Program-made: the position numbers and the translations under genes | NCBI RefSeq assembly: GCF_036365525.1 | Contig: NC_090387.1 | Span: forward strand, 76,135,300 to 76,199,299 | Direction: 5' to 3' | Source of the DNA: Heterodontus francisci | Lineage: Eukaryota | DNA: 64,000 nucleotides | Notes under the pieces: generated by a model | Told to the model about the DNA's origin: nothing | Seen by the model: only the letters and a program-made list of their open reading frames with translations | The model's database searches: none | In this document: piece by piece, positions 1 through 13,990 of the stretch | How positions within the stretch are numbered: the first letter of the stretch is position 1 | How the letters are laid out: each line of letters opens with the position of its first letter

Positions 1-2089
1 CGTTATTCTCTATTACAGCTGAAAATGAGAGTCAATTTTTTAAAATAGTCGCTCCCTTGATGTAACCTATTTCATGTTGAGAGTGTGGTATACGGAGAGA
101 GATTTCTCCGGACCTTATCGATTTTATAATGATTAGCGCCAAAATCATAAATGGTTCACTCTACGACGTTCTCACAGAAGGAGCTCCATATCTCTGAAGT
201 TAATTACGTTTAACATTTAGCTGATATCGTGATAATTGCTTAGCATTTCAATTGTCAGAATCAGCCTGCCGAGGAATCGCTAAACACAGACATTGCAGAA
301 CAACTGCAGATATGTTTGGTTGCGAGATTTCAAATACATTTCTTAAATTATACTTCTTTTGAACGTCGAACATCGAACGCTAGCACTGTGCAACTTGCAT
401 GGCCTGAGGCGGGCGCAGCCACTAACCACAAAGTGTTTCCATTATGCCACTAGCAGAATCGCCTTGCAGTTCTATTCTCCCAGTGACTACAATTTCCCAT
501 TAGCTCAAACTACGAGTGCACTTTGTGGTAAATGATCAGCTAAATGAAGAAATCAGCTTCAAGATGAGATCTATTTTTTTATAGAAAAGTTGCACAAGTT
601 TACACATGAGCAACTGCAATCGCGTATTAGAAACTGAAATCTAAAATAGATGTCTCTGTGGCGAGAACCCTTCATCAGAATGGAAGATGTTTACAGATAG
701 GAAGCATTTAAAAAGGGGCAGAACAAATGGAAAGGGGAGGCAAACCCACACATAAAGACACCTACGCCGACACACAAACACTTACCATACAAGTCGCATT
801 TGTATAGCGCCTTCAAAGTAGTAAATTATCAAAAAGCGCTTCGTACAGAACATTAACAAACACATTTTAACACTGAACAATATAAGGTTCTGGTGACCAA
901 CAGCTTTTAAAGGAGGAAGGAGCAGCAGAGATATTTCGGGTTGGAATTCCAGAGATTCGGGCCTCGGCAGCTGAAGACACGGCCACCAATGTCGGAGTCA
1001 AGAAAATTGGGGTTGGACAAGAAGCCAGAATGCGAGTAGTATGGAGGGATTTGAAAACAAAGATGAGAATTTTAAACTAAAGGCGTTGCAGGACCCGGAG
1101 GCAGTGTAGGTCAACGAGCATGAGGAACGAATGCGACTTGGCGTGAGTTATATACACACATATGCATACACACAGACACACACATACACATACAAACTCA
1201 TACATGCACCCATTAAAAAAAAACTTCTATTAACTCTATGACTCATTATAGCACCTTTAATGATTCAGGAAATCCCAAAGCACTTTACAGCCAATTAAAT
1301 GTAATCACTGTTGTAATGCAAGAATACACATACGCACTCGCACACACCCATACACCAAAACACATGCAAATACATATGTACACCATGCACATATATGCAT
1401 ACACACACACACACAGATGGGAGAATGGTGGTATTTAAGTGGAAAACGGGATCATTTTCCTTCCTCGCTCACACAATATGTTTATTTCCATTCACTCTTC
1501 CCTTAGTTTCATTCCCATTTTATCTGCAACTTCCTGTTCGAATTGTCCAATCAGATTTCCACCCAAACATAGCTCCGAAATAACCCTAATCAAATTCGCA
1601 AATTGCATTTTGCAATGGCGACCTCATATCCGCTTCATTACAAAGACTGCCTACTACCACCTCTGTAACATTACCTGTCTTCACCCCACCTCAACCCTCT
1701 GCAGCAGAAACATTTATCGATGCCTTGTTGACTCCATTGTTGATCAATGGAAGCTCGTGGAAATAAAAATCCGAAGTAACGTAAAACAGGCTGCTGATCC
1801 ATTTACACCATTGCACATAGTCATGATCTACCCAATTACATAAATGTACTCCTAGCTGATCCCCTAACTCCCACCAACCTCCAATTTGCATAAACTTTAG
1901 CTCATCCAAAACACTGCTATCCATATCCTATCCCATATCAAGTTATGCTCACCCATCATCCCTCACCTGGCTGACCGACATTGGTTTCTCACATACCACC
2001 CCCCACCGCCTCCACCTTCCTCAGTGTCTCAAATTTAAGATTCTCACCCTCATTTAAATTCTTTCATGGCTTTGTGCTTCTCTATGTAG

Positions 2090-2672
2090 AACCATAGAAA
2101 AATTAATGCACAGAAAGAGGCCATTCAGCTCATCATGTCTGCATCAGCCAAATAAATTAGCCACCCCATCTAATCCCACCATTCAGCACCTGGTCCCTAG
2201 CCTTGCAGGTTACAGCACTTCAGGTGTATGTCCAGGTACCTTTTATATGAGTTGAGGGTTTCTGCCTCCACCACTGTTCCTGGTAGTGAATTCCGGATAC
2301 CCACCAGCCTCTGGGAGAAAAAGTTTTGCCTCATGTCCCGTCTAATCCTCCTACCAATCACCTTAAATCTATGCCCCCTGATAATTGACCTCTCCGCTAG
2401 GGGAAACAGGTCCTCCCTGTTTATCTAGGCCCCTCATAATTTTGTACAGCTCAATTAAGTCACCCCTCAGCTGCCTCTTTTCTAAGGAAAACAACCCTGA
2501 CCTCTCCAATCTTTCCTCATAGCTGCAACTTTCCAGTCCTGGCGACATTCTTGTAAATCTCCTCTGTACTCTCTCCAGAGCAATTATGTCCTTCATGTAA
2601 TGTGGTGACCAGAACTGTATGCAATACTCCAGCTGTGGCCTAACTGGCGTTTTATACAGTTCCAGCATTACA
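2090..2672 (-). mobile_element. CR1 3' fragment (paralog at ~57290-57830)
   Basis: ORF LEYCIQFWSPH..LERVQRRFTRM. Confidence 0.85.
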
Positions 2673-3383
2673 TCTCAGCAACTGCTCCAGCCAACAAACT
2701 CCCCCATCTCTCCACCATTCCCCTAACTGTGGAATGTTGTACATTTCCTGTTCCTTTGCCCATCATGCACTAAAATTCTCTCTCTAAACGTCTCTGCTTC
2801 TGCATTCTCTCTATATTAAGAATGTTGTTTAAAGCTACCTCTTCGATGAAGCTTCCTAATGCATCTTTCTTTGACTGGATGTGTTTTTATTTTTGGTTAG
2901 GCCTTTGGAAAACACTTTAGGATGTCTTCTTACTTTAAAGGATTTATATAAATATAAGTTATCATTTGTGTCTTCCTCTTTATTTTTCCAGTTCTGATGA
3001 AGGGTTATGACCAAACTATTAATGCATCCGTTCTCTTGGGAGATGTTTATCGACTCACTGAATATTTCCAACATGTTCTGTTTTACATTACAACGGATTA
3101 CATGGAGACCATTTGCACCAAATGGTCTATGCTGCTGTTTATGGCCTCATGGGCGTCACCCCACCCCTTTTCATCGATCCCTATCAGTATATCTAACTAT
3201 TTCTTTTTCCTTCATATGCTGATCAAGCTCCCCATTTGAATTAATCTATGCAATTCACCTCAACCACTCAATTTTCTACCCATTCGGTCAAAGTTTCTCC
3301 TGAATTTCCTCTTGGATTTATTTATGACCATCTTATATTTCTGCCCTCTAGTTCTGAACTCCCTCACAAGTTGAAACATTTTC

Positions 3384-5779
3384 ATGGAGTCATCGAGTTA
3401 TACAGCACAGAAAGAGGCCCTTTGGCCCACCGTGTCCACGCTGGCCATCAAGCCTCTCTATTCTAATCCCATTTTCCAGCAGTTGGCCCGTAGCCTTGTA
3501 TGCTATGGCGTTTCAAGCGCTCATCGAAATATGTCTTAAATGTTGAGTGGGTTCCTACCTCTACCACCTCTTCAGGCAATGTGTTCCAGATTCCAACCAC
3601 CCTCTGGGTGAAATATTTTTTCCTCAAATCCTCTCTAAACCTCCTGCCCTTACCTTAAATCTATGCCCCTTGGTTCTTGACCCTACCGCTAAGGGAAAAA
3701 GTTTCTCCCTATCGATCCTATCAATGCCCCTCATAATTTTATATATCTTAATCATGTTCCCCTCAGCCTTCTCTGCTCGAAGGAAAGCAGCCCTAGCCTA
3801 TGCAACCTCTCTTCATAGCTGAAATGCTCCAGCCCAGGCCACATCCTGGTGAATCTCCTCTGCACCCTTTTCAGTGCAATCACGTCCTTCCTGTAGTGTG
3901 GTGACCAGAACTGTACACAATACTCCAGCTGTGGCCTAACTAGCGTTTTATACAGCTCCATCATAACCTCCCTGCTCTTACATTCTATGCCTCGGCTAAT
4001 AAAGGCAAGTATCCCATATGCCTTCCTAACCACCTTATCTACATGTGCTGCTGCCTTCAGTGATCTATGGACAAGTACACCAAGGTCCTCTGACCCTTTG
4101 CATTTCCTAGGGTCCTATCATCCATTGCATATTCCCTTGACTTGTTAGTCCTCCCAAAATGCATCACCTCACACTTCTCAGGATTAAATTCCATTTGCCA
4201 CCGCTCCACCCATCTTACCAGCCCATCTATATCTTCCTGTAAGCTAAGGCTTTCCTCTACACCACCAATTTTCCTGCCATCTGTGAACTTACTGATCATA
4301 CCTCCTATATTCACGTCTAAATCATTAATGTATATTACAAGCAGCAAGGGTCCCAGCACCGATCCCTGTGGTACACTACTGGTCACAGGCTTTCACTCGC
4401 AAAAACAACCTTCAACCATTACCCTCTGCCTCCTGCCACTAAGCCAATTTTGGATCCAATTTGCCAAATTGCCCTGCCTCCCGTGGGCTCTAACCTTCTT
4501 AACAAATCTCCCATGCGGGACCTTATCAAAAGCCTTACTTAAGTCCATGTAGACTACATCAACTGCTTTACCCTCACCTACACATCGAGTCACCTCCTCG
4601 AAAAATTCAATCAAGTTGTTAGACAAGATCTCCCCCTGACAAAGCCATGCTGACTATCCTTGATTAATCCTTGCCTCTCCAAATGAACATTAATTCTGTC
4701 CCTCAGAATTTTTTTACAATAGTTTCCCTACCACTTAGACTCACTGGCCTGTAATTACCTGGTTTATCCCTGATACCCTTCTTGAATAATGGTACCATAT
4801 TCACTGTCCTTCAGTCCCCTGGTAACTCTCCTGTGGCCAGAGAGGATTTGAAAATTTGTGTCAGTTCCCCTGCTATCTCCTCCCTTGCCTCACATAATAG
4901 CCTGGGATGCATCTCATCTGGGTTTGGGATTTATCCACTTTTAAGCCCACTACAACTGCTAATACTTCCTCCCTTTCAATGCTAATTTTTTCAAGTATAT
5001 CACAATTCCCCTCCCTGATCTCTACACCTACATCATCCTTCTCCATAGTGAACACAGGTGAAAAGTAATAATTTAAAACCTCACTTATGTCCTCTGGCTC
5101 CACACACAGATTGCCACTTTGGTCCCTAATGGGCAGTACTCTTTCCCTAGTTATCCCCATGCCCTTAATATACTCATAAAATGCCGTGGGATGTTCCTTT
5201 ATCTTGCCTGCCAGTGTTTTTTCATGTCCCCTTTTCGCTCTCTTAATTACTTTTTTAAGTACCCATCTACACTTTCTATACTCCTCTCGGGCCTCTGCTA
5301 TTTTCAGTGCTCTGAATCTGCCATAAGCCTCCTTTAATTTCCCTATCCAATCCTCTATATCCCTTGACATCCAGGTTGTCCCTGGACTTGTTGGTCCTAT
5401 CCTTCACCTTTATGGGAACATTTTGGCCCTAAACTCTCACTATTTCCTTTTTGAATAACTCCCACTGGAATGATGTAGACTTTCTTACAAGTAGCTGCTC
5501 CCAGTCCACTTTGGCCAGACCCTGTTTTATCATATTGAAATCGGCCTTCCCCCAATTCAGTGCTTTTATTTTCGGTCCCTCTTTGTCCTTTTCCATAACA
5601 ACTTTAAATCTTACAGAGTTATGGTCACGATCCAGGAAACGCTCCCCAACTGACACTTCTACAACTTGTCTGGCTTCATTCCCTAGGATTAGGTCCAGTA
5701 CCGCCCCTTCTCTTATAGGACTTCCTCCGTGCTGGCTCAAAAAGCTCTCTTGTGTGCACTTTAAGAATTCCACCCCCTT
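3384..5779 (-). mobile_element. CR1 LINE (~2.4 kb) nested in an older CR1, present only in duplication copy 1
   Basis: Fragmented RT ORFs 3752-5773. The flanks gttgaaacattttc / ctatcaaacccgttc are almost contiguous at 58834-58874. Confidence 0.9.
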
Positions 5780-7554
5780 TATCTATCAAACCCGTTCATA
5801 ATTTCAAAGATCTCGGTCAAGTACCCCCTCAGCTTTTCCTTTTCCAGAGAAAAGAACCTCAGATTGTTCAGCCTTTCCTGATAAGTCTATCTTCTCAGTT
5901 CTGGTATTATCCTTCTGGATATTTTTGCACCCTTGCCAGTGCCTGTATGTCTCTTTCATCATATGGAAACTAGAAATGTGCACAGTGCTCCAATTGTGGT
6001 CTAATCAAGATTCAATACAAGTTTAACATAACTTTGCTGCTTTTTAATTCTATCCCTTTAGAAATTAACCCCAATACTTGGGTTACGCTCTCTGGCCTTA
6101 TTAACCTGCATTACCTGCTTTTAGTGATTCATGGATTTGTACTCCTAAATCGCTTTGCCCCTCTACCCCATTTAGACTCTTATTACCAAGCAGCATGTGG
6201 CCTCCTTACTCTTCCTACCAAACTGCACCACCTCACACTTATCTATATTGAAATTCAATTGTTAATTGCACACCCACTCAGCAAGTTTATTACTGTCTTC
6301 TTGTATTTTGTCGCATTTATCCTCAGTATTAATCATAGCCCCCATTTTGCTGTCACCACAAATTTTGGGTGTGCTACCGATTTCTGAGCTTTGGCTTTAG
6401 ATTTCCAGCGGTTCATTTTTTCTTTTTTTTTTGCGTGGTCATGATGCTGAGGCGGTGTGAGGCCAGGCTGACGAAGGCCTGCAGTGTTTCTGTGAAGCCG
6501 AAAGAGGCACCCTTGCTCTTTTCATCAGTTGAAATCGACAGCAAGGTGACATCGTTTTAAAATTAAAGCCAGTCGATTCAGGCGTGAATGGACACAAAGA
6601 CTCATAGAAATCTGGAACCCTCTCCCCAAAAGGCTGTGAATGCTTGGACAATTGGAGCTTTCAAGATTGAGATGGTAGATTTTTTTTTAGTTGATGGTAT
6701 CAAGGGATACAGAACGAAGGCAGGCAAATGGATTTGAGGTGCAGATCAGCCATGCTCTAATTGAATGACGGATCAGTGTCCAGGGGCTGAATGGTCTATT
6801 CCTGTTCTTATGGCATGGCTACAGAAACTATTTAAAACCCTTCCACCCCATTAACGCTAATTTTCCAAAGTAAAAATGTACCTTTGTTTCTCGGAATTTC
6901 ACGACTTTCTCACAGATATTACATTAGAGATCGGCAGACTTCTGCTCTAATTATCGGCTGTACATCTGTAGAACTGATTAACAGTACTGCAGATTAAACT
7001 GGGGTTTGAATTTTCTTGTGGGATGGTCAGCGCTAACCTCAGCGGTAAATCTGCGAATCCTTGGAGAAGTGCTGTCGACGGCATTTAGCCTGTTTCTCCA
7101 GGGTTTCCGTCAATATTTTGCCAAAGTTATTGCGGGAAATCGGTAGAAACCTCCGCAGAAAAAACACGCAGTCCATTTAACGTCATTACTATCCAATGGC
7201 GCCATTGTTCGTATTGCACAAACCACAATGTAAAGTCCTGGCATCCGTCTTATTCATCAGCCATGTCTACAAATGCACTGGACTTCATATCCAGTTGAGA
7301 AAGCACATTCTAAATGTCAAATAGCTTTAAATTTGTTGAATTATGGAAGTGTTTTGGGCAAAATCATCAGACAATTGATAAGAAAGCATTGCATTCATTT
7401 TGGTGGGAGCGATGCATTGCGCACTGCCCGATTATAGAGCGACTGACTGCTGATAACCTCAGTGTGAAGGTTGCATTCTCGAATAGGCAGGTGTGCGCGT
7501 GAGGGGGCGGGGTTGCTGCTCCAAATCTTCGGGCACTGGTGCAATTGCTCAGAT

Positions 7555-7830
7555 GAGGAGGATCAGTGGGATAAGTTCAGCACTTCTTGGAAAAGGCCGG
7601 TCATTAAAGAAGTCCACAGAGGAGGTTTCAAGGAAATCATTGATCCGAGCACCAAAGAAAGAGTCATTGATCCGGTCCTTAGAAGAGATCCACTGATCAG
7701 GTAACGGAGGAAGTCACTAATCAGATCCCCCCCCCCCCCCATTAAAGGGGCATTAAGTTCCTAAAGGAGATTCATTCATCAACGCCTTTGACAAGAGTCG
7801 TTGACCAGATCTCGAGAGGACAGTGCCCAG
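7555..7830 (+). repeat. Degenerate ~25-bp repeat (gagtcattgatc core) after a GC box; paralog at 60640-60880
   Basis: Recurrent tcattgatcc/cactgatcag/cactaatcag/cgttgaccag; gggggcgggg at 7503-7512. Confidence 0.5.
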
Positions 7831-9623
7831 AAAATATGTTACTTTTATCATTCAAGCAAGTACTCCAGGGCAGAGAATATTAACAACAATTAAAGTAAAG
7901 GAAGCATGGGGCAATGGTGTAAGTGGGGGTTATTGATTTTCCCGTCCCTTATACACCAGCCCGATTTTCATTTACTTCAATCGAAAGGAAAATCAGGCAC
8001 GGCTAATTCAGCATCAATTAATTCACAGCATCGCCCAAGGTTAAAATTACCTCCATGGACTCGAAAGTCCGCTGAATTTTAACGAGAAACAATTTCATTT
8101 CCCATAATCTTACCGCTGATACCAAGGACATAAGTTATCACTTTGTTTCAAATGCATTGCACTGAAAATCTTTTATTGAGTAGACTCCATGATGATACAA
8201 ACAGAAATAACAGATTCCAGAAAAACGTTGGCACACGACATGATGGGTTGGATTTTCCACATGCTGCCCGGACGGTTTATATAAAAAAGGCTGATTCGTA
8301 ATGCCAGTTTAGCCCTGAGTGGCAAATTGAAAAAACTCTCTCAAATGTTCCACGATGCAATTAATACCCGCAGTATATTGTACATCGCAATTATTAATTT
8401 CAACACAACTCGGCTCAAGTTTTTTTGCATATCAAATCTTCGTTAGAAATTTATGTTGTTTTGAACAGGCCAAAGCATAGTAAACGCATTGAAACTTTTT
8501 CCTTTCAGGCTGCCAACTTGCTGTCACCGTTTTAAAAGATCTACCCTGCTAATCCTTGTTTTTATTAATTCAATCACAACTGATATCCAGGTTGAATGCC
8601 ATCATTATTAAAAGTTTATTTCTGTGATTTTAAGCAGAAGCTCGGCTCCCACAGTTTGCAAAAAATGTCCATGTTGCGATAAAATCAAAATTGTAATAAT
8701 TGTAATCCAGCCCGTGGAGGCTGACAGTACAACTATTTTATCTAGTTACACAATGCTACAGGAAACATGGGGCTAGATCTTGACTTTGTACGACAGTGCA
8801 AAATGGATGATAGTGAGTCGGCAGCCAGTTTTACATCTCTCCCCATTTTTATTCCCATTGACCTGTACTCCCATTGAAATAAAACTTGGGAGAGATATAT
8901 AAAGTGATGCCAACACCCATTTTACGCTATATCACAAAGTAAAAATCGATCTCGATCGTACTTGAAAGTCATAATGCGTACAGAAAACCAGTCTTACAAT
9001 TTCCTTGGAGACAAAGAAATCTTCCGCACAGTTTGTCATATTCCAGTCAGTTGTTTACCGCATGACCTGCTAAAGAAGCACAACCCTCCACACTGGCGTA
9101 ATTTAAGCAAGATGCTGCAGATGCTGGAAATCGGAAATAAAAACATAAAGTGCTGGAAATACTCAGCAGGTCAGGCAGCATCTTTGGATAGAGACACTGG
9201 CGGTTGATTGAATTACTGATTACGTTGATCAATTACGACTATCCCCCAGATCCACCAATATTACCCACCCTTTCCCAGATGTACCGATAAGCTTCGCTTC
9301 AATGCCTGCAGTGCACGCTGAGATCTTGCCCAAATGGATAACCTGTAAGGGCAAGTCTAGACAGGAAAGGTTATAAAATCCTCCTGGGCGATTGCGAATT
9401 ATTTTTGAATTCTGCCTGATTCGCTTTTCCACAATGAAAACAACAAATCGGACGCGATGGCCCGAATCATGCTGCTGTCATTATGTTAGTAGGATTTTGA
9501 ACAAAAGGGAGGTGGACATCACAGCCAAACATTATCCTAAACTCCAGACATGAAGTCTTTCCGAAGGAATCACTGATAAAGATCGGATGTTTGACCTAGC
9601 TGATTCCACACCCCGTTGTCAAA

Positions 9624-9946
9624 GGCCGCACAGTCGTGCAGTGGCTAGCACCGCAGCCTAACAGCTCCAGTGACCCGGTTTAGGTTCTGGGCCTGTGCAA
9701 ACTTTATTAGTTCTCCCTGTGGGTTTCCTCTGGGTGCTCTGGTTTCCTCCCACATGCAGGTTGTTAAGTAAATTGGCTGTTGTAAAAATTGTCCCTAGTA
9801 GGTGGTAGGAGAGAATTGGGGGAAGGTGGGGATGTGAGAGGGGAAAATGAGATTAATGTAGGATTAGTATAAGGGTGGCTGATGGTCAGCGCGGACGCGG
9901 TGGGCCGAATAGCCTCTTTTGGTGCTGTATCTCTCTTAATCTCTAA
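9624..9946 (+). mobile_element. HE1-like V-SINE, copy 1-specific
   Basis: Same structure as 57829-58174 but more decayed; absent at ~62720. Confidence 0.82.
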
Positions 9947-10447
9947 AATAACGGAGCAGGCATCTACTTCCCCCTGCAAAATTAGTTCATTAAGCATCGT
10001 CCTGGGATGGAATCGGAGATCTTCCTACTGTACCTACAGCCATTGACAACAAGACTGTTGGCTATGTTTAACCAGAAAATGTATTTGTTTCGACCTTTAA
10101 CAAGTTTATCAGGTTATCCCCTGTCTAATAATAGCAGGATCATCAGCGCAATTCATTTTACCGATAAGCATGGATAAATCAGGTTATCAATAAACAAACA
10201 TCTGGCAGGTTGATTCGATTGATCTTTGCGGACACGTTTTCTGGGCACCCTGGCCGAAACGTGAAATCTGGTTCTGAATATTTTGCTGAATTGCTCAATT
10301 TGTATTGACCAAGCTGAACAGTCCGGAAAATGCACAGTGCGGAGGGAGGTATCTGCTCTCGCTTGGTGTAGCCAAATCAGGGACACTATTACAATATCCC
10401 CAAACAAACATCAGAACAATTATTCCTCATTTGAAGCAGCTTGAGGG

Positions 10448-10860
10448 CCAGCCGTGGCTCAGTTGGTAGTACTCTGCTTCTGTGGTAGATAGTTGTGAGT
10501 TCAGTTCTCGCTCCAGGACTGGAGTACGCAAATCGAGGCTGATGCTCCATACCGAGGTGCCGTCTTTCGGATGAGAAATTAAATCGAGGCCCTTCTGCTC
10601 TTTAGGGTGGATGTAACAGATCCCATAGTACTATTTTGAAGAACAGGGTAGTTATCCCTGGTGCTCTGGCCAATATTTATCCCACAAAACAGATTGCCTA
10701 GTCATTATCACATTGTTGTTTGTGGGATCTTGCTGCGCGCAAATGAGTTGCCGCCTTTCCTACATTTCAAAAGTGACTACACTTTAAATGTACTTCCTTG
10801 GCTGTAAAGCGCTTTAGGAAGTCTCGTGGTCGTGAAAGGCGCTATATAAATGCAAGTTCT
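10448..10860 (+). mobile_element. Deu-SINE (SacSINE1-like); paralog at 63278-63790
   Basis: tRNA head gtggctcagttggtag and Deu core gaggtgccgtctttcggatgaga..ttaaatcgaggccc; 3' end ggcgctatataaatgcaag. Confidence 0.78.
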
Positions 10861-11282
10861 TTACAAAATTGCTTCCAAACAACAATTGGCCCGATAACCA
10901 GACGGTGGGTTTTTACTCTCGTTTAATAACCTGGGGGAAATTACCTCTGGTTGCTATTTCTAGTGAAATCTTAAATAGCGTCTTTTAAACACTTCCACTA
11001 TTTTCCTAGAACATGGAAATCCTCCAAATTTCTTCGCAACGTTGCGAATCGATAATGATCAGAGGAGATCAGAGTCATTTGTGAGGAGATATAAATGACA
11101 GAACTTTGGACCAGCTATTGCCCCGAAATAATATCCGATTACTTTCAACGTGGATAAATGTCCACCTTCAAAGAACATTCATTTTCATCATCTATCAGTG
11201 AACGTGACGTTATTTGCTCATTTACAATAAAGATTTGATCTGCAAAGCGGCGATGCACTCTGGTAATAAACGTATTTCTCAC

Positions 11283-11397
11283 CTTTGACAGTACCTCCGC
11301 TTAAAATAATTCCTAACGATGACAATCAGCACCATTATTATCAATATACCCACTAACTGCCGGGACAACAAAAAGAGGGTAGCAACGTTAGCAGCAC
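11283..11397 (-). pseudogene. Gene B TM exon
   Basis: GAANVATLFLLSRQLVGILIIMVLIVIVRNYFKRRYCQ, donor AAG|gtgaga. The acceptor reads tgtcg instead of tgtcag. Confidence 0.75.
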
Positions 11398-11699
11398 CGA
11401 CAATCACAGAGTAACGGGGATATAATACCGACGGGCATGAATGTCAATTAAACCAGCAAGAAAACCCAGGGATACACGGGATCAGAACTAATCGTTTAAA
11501 GACCATTTAATACAAATACAAATAAAAATATTCAAATAAAATGCTAACAAATGGAACAATTCACAATCTGACCAATAAATCCTCAATATACTAAACGAAT
11601 GCAGTAACATCAAATGCTAACACGTGTTCACAAACGTGTGCTGGCATTAAGAAAAAACGATAAACGAGAGAACGTTTCTGAAAAATGAATTGACCATAC

Positions 11700-11997
11700 C
11701 TTCAAAGTTGCAATTGACATTGGCTGGAGTCTGAAGAGAGACATGACACACTTGGCAGCTGTATGTAGCTCCAATGTGGGATGGCGCCGTATCTTTTATA
11801 ATTCTGCAAATCTCATACAGTCCCACTCTGGTTTGCTGTTTAGTAGTATTGATCCCGGTTCCAATTTTTGTGTTATTCTTATACCAAGTCACATTGAGAT
11901 CTTCAGGGTAAAACTTAGCTGTTTTACAGGAGAATCGGAGAAGTGGATAGACGGAATTCAGACTCAACTAAGTCGATCCTCAGAGGAGTGGGCAGAA
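11700..11997 (-). pseudogene. Gene B C1 exon, frameshifted
   Basis: VLPTPLRIDLVESEFRLST/+1/LRFSCKTAKFYPEDLNVTWYKNNTKIGTGINTTKQQTRVGLYEICRIIKDTAPSHIGATYSCQVCHVSLQTPANVNCNFE. 298 nt versus 297 in gene A; donor gtatgg. Confidence 0.88.
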
Positions 11998-12306
11998 CAT
12001 GTGAAGAAAAGAAAGTTATTTTATGCTTGAAACATTGATTAATATATAATTTCTGTCGTCTATAATTTAGGAGGCGAGTTAGGGACGGATCTCTTTAACA
12101 TCGTGTTTCATTGGAAATATTTCAAAATATTATGAAACAGGAAGCTAGAAATTACATGGAATACGAATCGTAGAGCCATCGATCGTAGAAGGAGGCCATT
12201 GGTTTATCGTGCCTTTGTTGGCACTTTGAAAGAGTTATGCAATTAGTCCCACTTCCTGCTCTTTCTCTATAGCAGTGCAAAATTTTCCTTTTCAAGTACA
12301 TATCCA

Positions 12307-13778
12307 GATTCGGGCAAGATTCCATTAGATTGGTAAATAGCAAATGTAACTCCTTTATCAAAAAGGGAGGGAGACAGAAAGCAGAAAAACTACAGGCCAG
12401 TTAGCTCAACATCTGTTTTAGGGAAAATGTTAGAAGCTATTATTAAAGATGTTATAGCAGGGCATTTAGAAAAATTCAAGGTAATCAGGCAGAGTCAACA
12501 TGGTTTTGTGAAAGGGAAATCATGTTTAACCAATTTATTGGAGTTCTTTGAAGAAGTAACATGTGCTGTGGATAAAGGGGAACTAGTTGATATATTGTAC
12601 TTAGATTTCCAGAAGGCATTTGATAAGGTGCCACATCATAGGTTATTGCAGAAAATAAAAGCTGATGGTGTAGCGGGTAACATATTGGCATGGATAGAAG
12701 ATTGGTTAGCTAACAGGAAACAGAGAGTAGGCATAAATGGGTTATTTTCTGGTTGGCAAGATGTAACGAGTGTTATGCCACAGGATCAGTGCAGAAGCCT
12801 CAACTTTTGTAATTTATATAAATGACTTAGATGAAGGGACCAAAGATATGTTGCTAAATTTGCTGATGTCACAACGATAGATAGGAAGGTAAGATGTGAA
12901 GAGTCATAAGGAGGCTACAAATCAATAGAGATAGGTTTCGTGAGTGGGAAAAGATCTGGCATGTGGAGTATAATGTGGGAAAAGGTGAAATTGTCCATTT
13001 TAACAGGAAGAATAAAAAAGACGCATATTATCTAATTAGTGAGAGATTGCCGAGCTCTGAGATGCAGAGGGAATTGGGTGTCCTAGCGCACGAATCAAAA
13101 AAGGTTAGTATGCAGGTTCAGCAAATAATTATGAAAGCCAATAGAATGTTATTGTTCATTGTGAGGGAATTGAATACAAAAATAGGGAGGTTATGCTTCA
13201 GCTATACAGGCATTGGTGAGACCATATCTGGAGTACTGTATACAGTATTGGTCTCTTCATTTAAAGCAGGAATTAAATGTGTTGGAAGCAGTTCAGAGAA
13301 GGTTTACTAGAGTAATACCTGGAATGGGCGGGTTGTCTTATGAGGAAAGGTTGGACAGACTAGGCTTGTCTCCACTGGAGTTTAGGAGAGTAAGAGGCAA
13401 CTTGATTGAAACATATAAGACCTTCAGGCGTCTTGACAGGATGGGTGTGGAAAGGATGTTTCCCCTTGTGGAAGAATCTCGAACTATGGGTCACTGTTTA
13501 AAAGTAAGGGCTCACTCATTTAAGACAGAGAAGAGGAGATTTTTTTTCTCTGAGGGTCGTGAACTCTCTTCCTCAAAAAGAAGTGGAAGCAGAGTCTTTA
13601 AATATTTTTAAGGCAGAGGCAGGTAGATTCTTGATAAACAAGGGGGTGAAATGTTATCGGGGGTGTGGAGTCGAGGTTACAATCAGATCAGCCATGATCT
13701 TTTTGAATGGTGGAGCAGGCTGGAGGGGCCGAGTGGCCTACTCCTGCTCCTAATTCGTATGTTCGTATGTATGTTCTA
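12307..13778 (+). mobile_element. CR1 LINE in the V-C1 intron of gene B
   Basis: RT fragments (QHGFVKGKSCLTNLLEFFE..FQKAFDKVPH); tail cgtatgttcgtatgtatg. Confidence 0.9.
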
Positions 13779-13834
13779 TAAACAATTCCCTCTTGAAAAT
13801 TACTGTTGAATCTGCTTGCTTCCAGTTAGTGAAT

Positions 13835-13990
13835 TCCAGATCACAGCAGTTCTGATGAAAGGTCACGAAACGTTAACTCTGTTTCTCTCTCCACAGATGC
13901 TGCCAGATCTGCTGAGTATTTCCATCACAGCTTTTATGTCAAATTTCCAGCATCTGCAGCATTTTGCTTTTATTATCCAGATCACAGCAG
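13835..13990 (+). mobile_element. Short hammerhead-bearing Penelope-like element with partly deleted helix II
   Basis: agttctgatgaaaggtcacgaaacgttaact; 15-bp TSD tccagatcacagcag at 13835-13849 and 13976-13990. Confidence 0.7.

Larger units (their letters stand above)
1..11083 (+). repeat. Segmental duplication, copy 1 (direct repeat of 54970-64000)
   Basis: Collinear similarity throughout, e.g. cgttattctctattacagctgaaaa at 1 and 54970, and ttacctctggttgctatttctagtgaaatcttaaatagc near 10941 and 63857. Both ends run off the window. Confidence 0.95.

Noticed and set aside
19-66. Plus-strand terminal exon after ttctctattacag (also at 54988)
   Set aside because: The reading frame is not conserved between the two duplicates and the product is not recognisable.
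4142-4552. Antisense ORFs over CR1 RT (also 17373-17762, 32584-32955)
   Set aside because: Shadow frames of the RT coding sequence, recurring in each CR1 copy.
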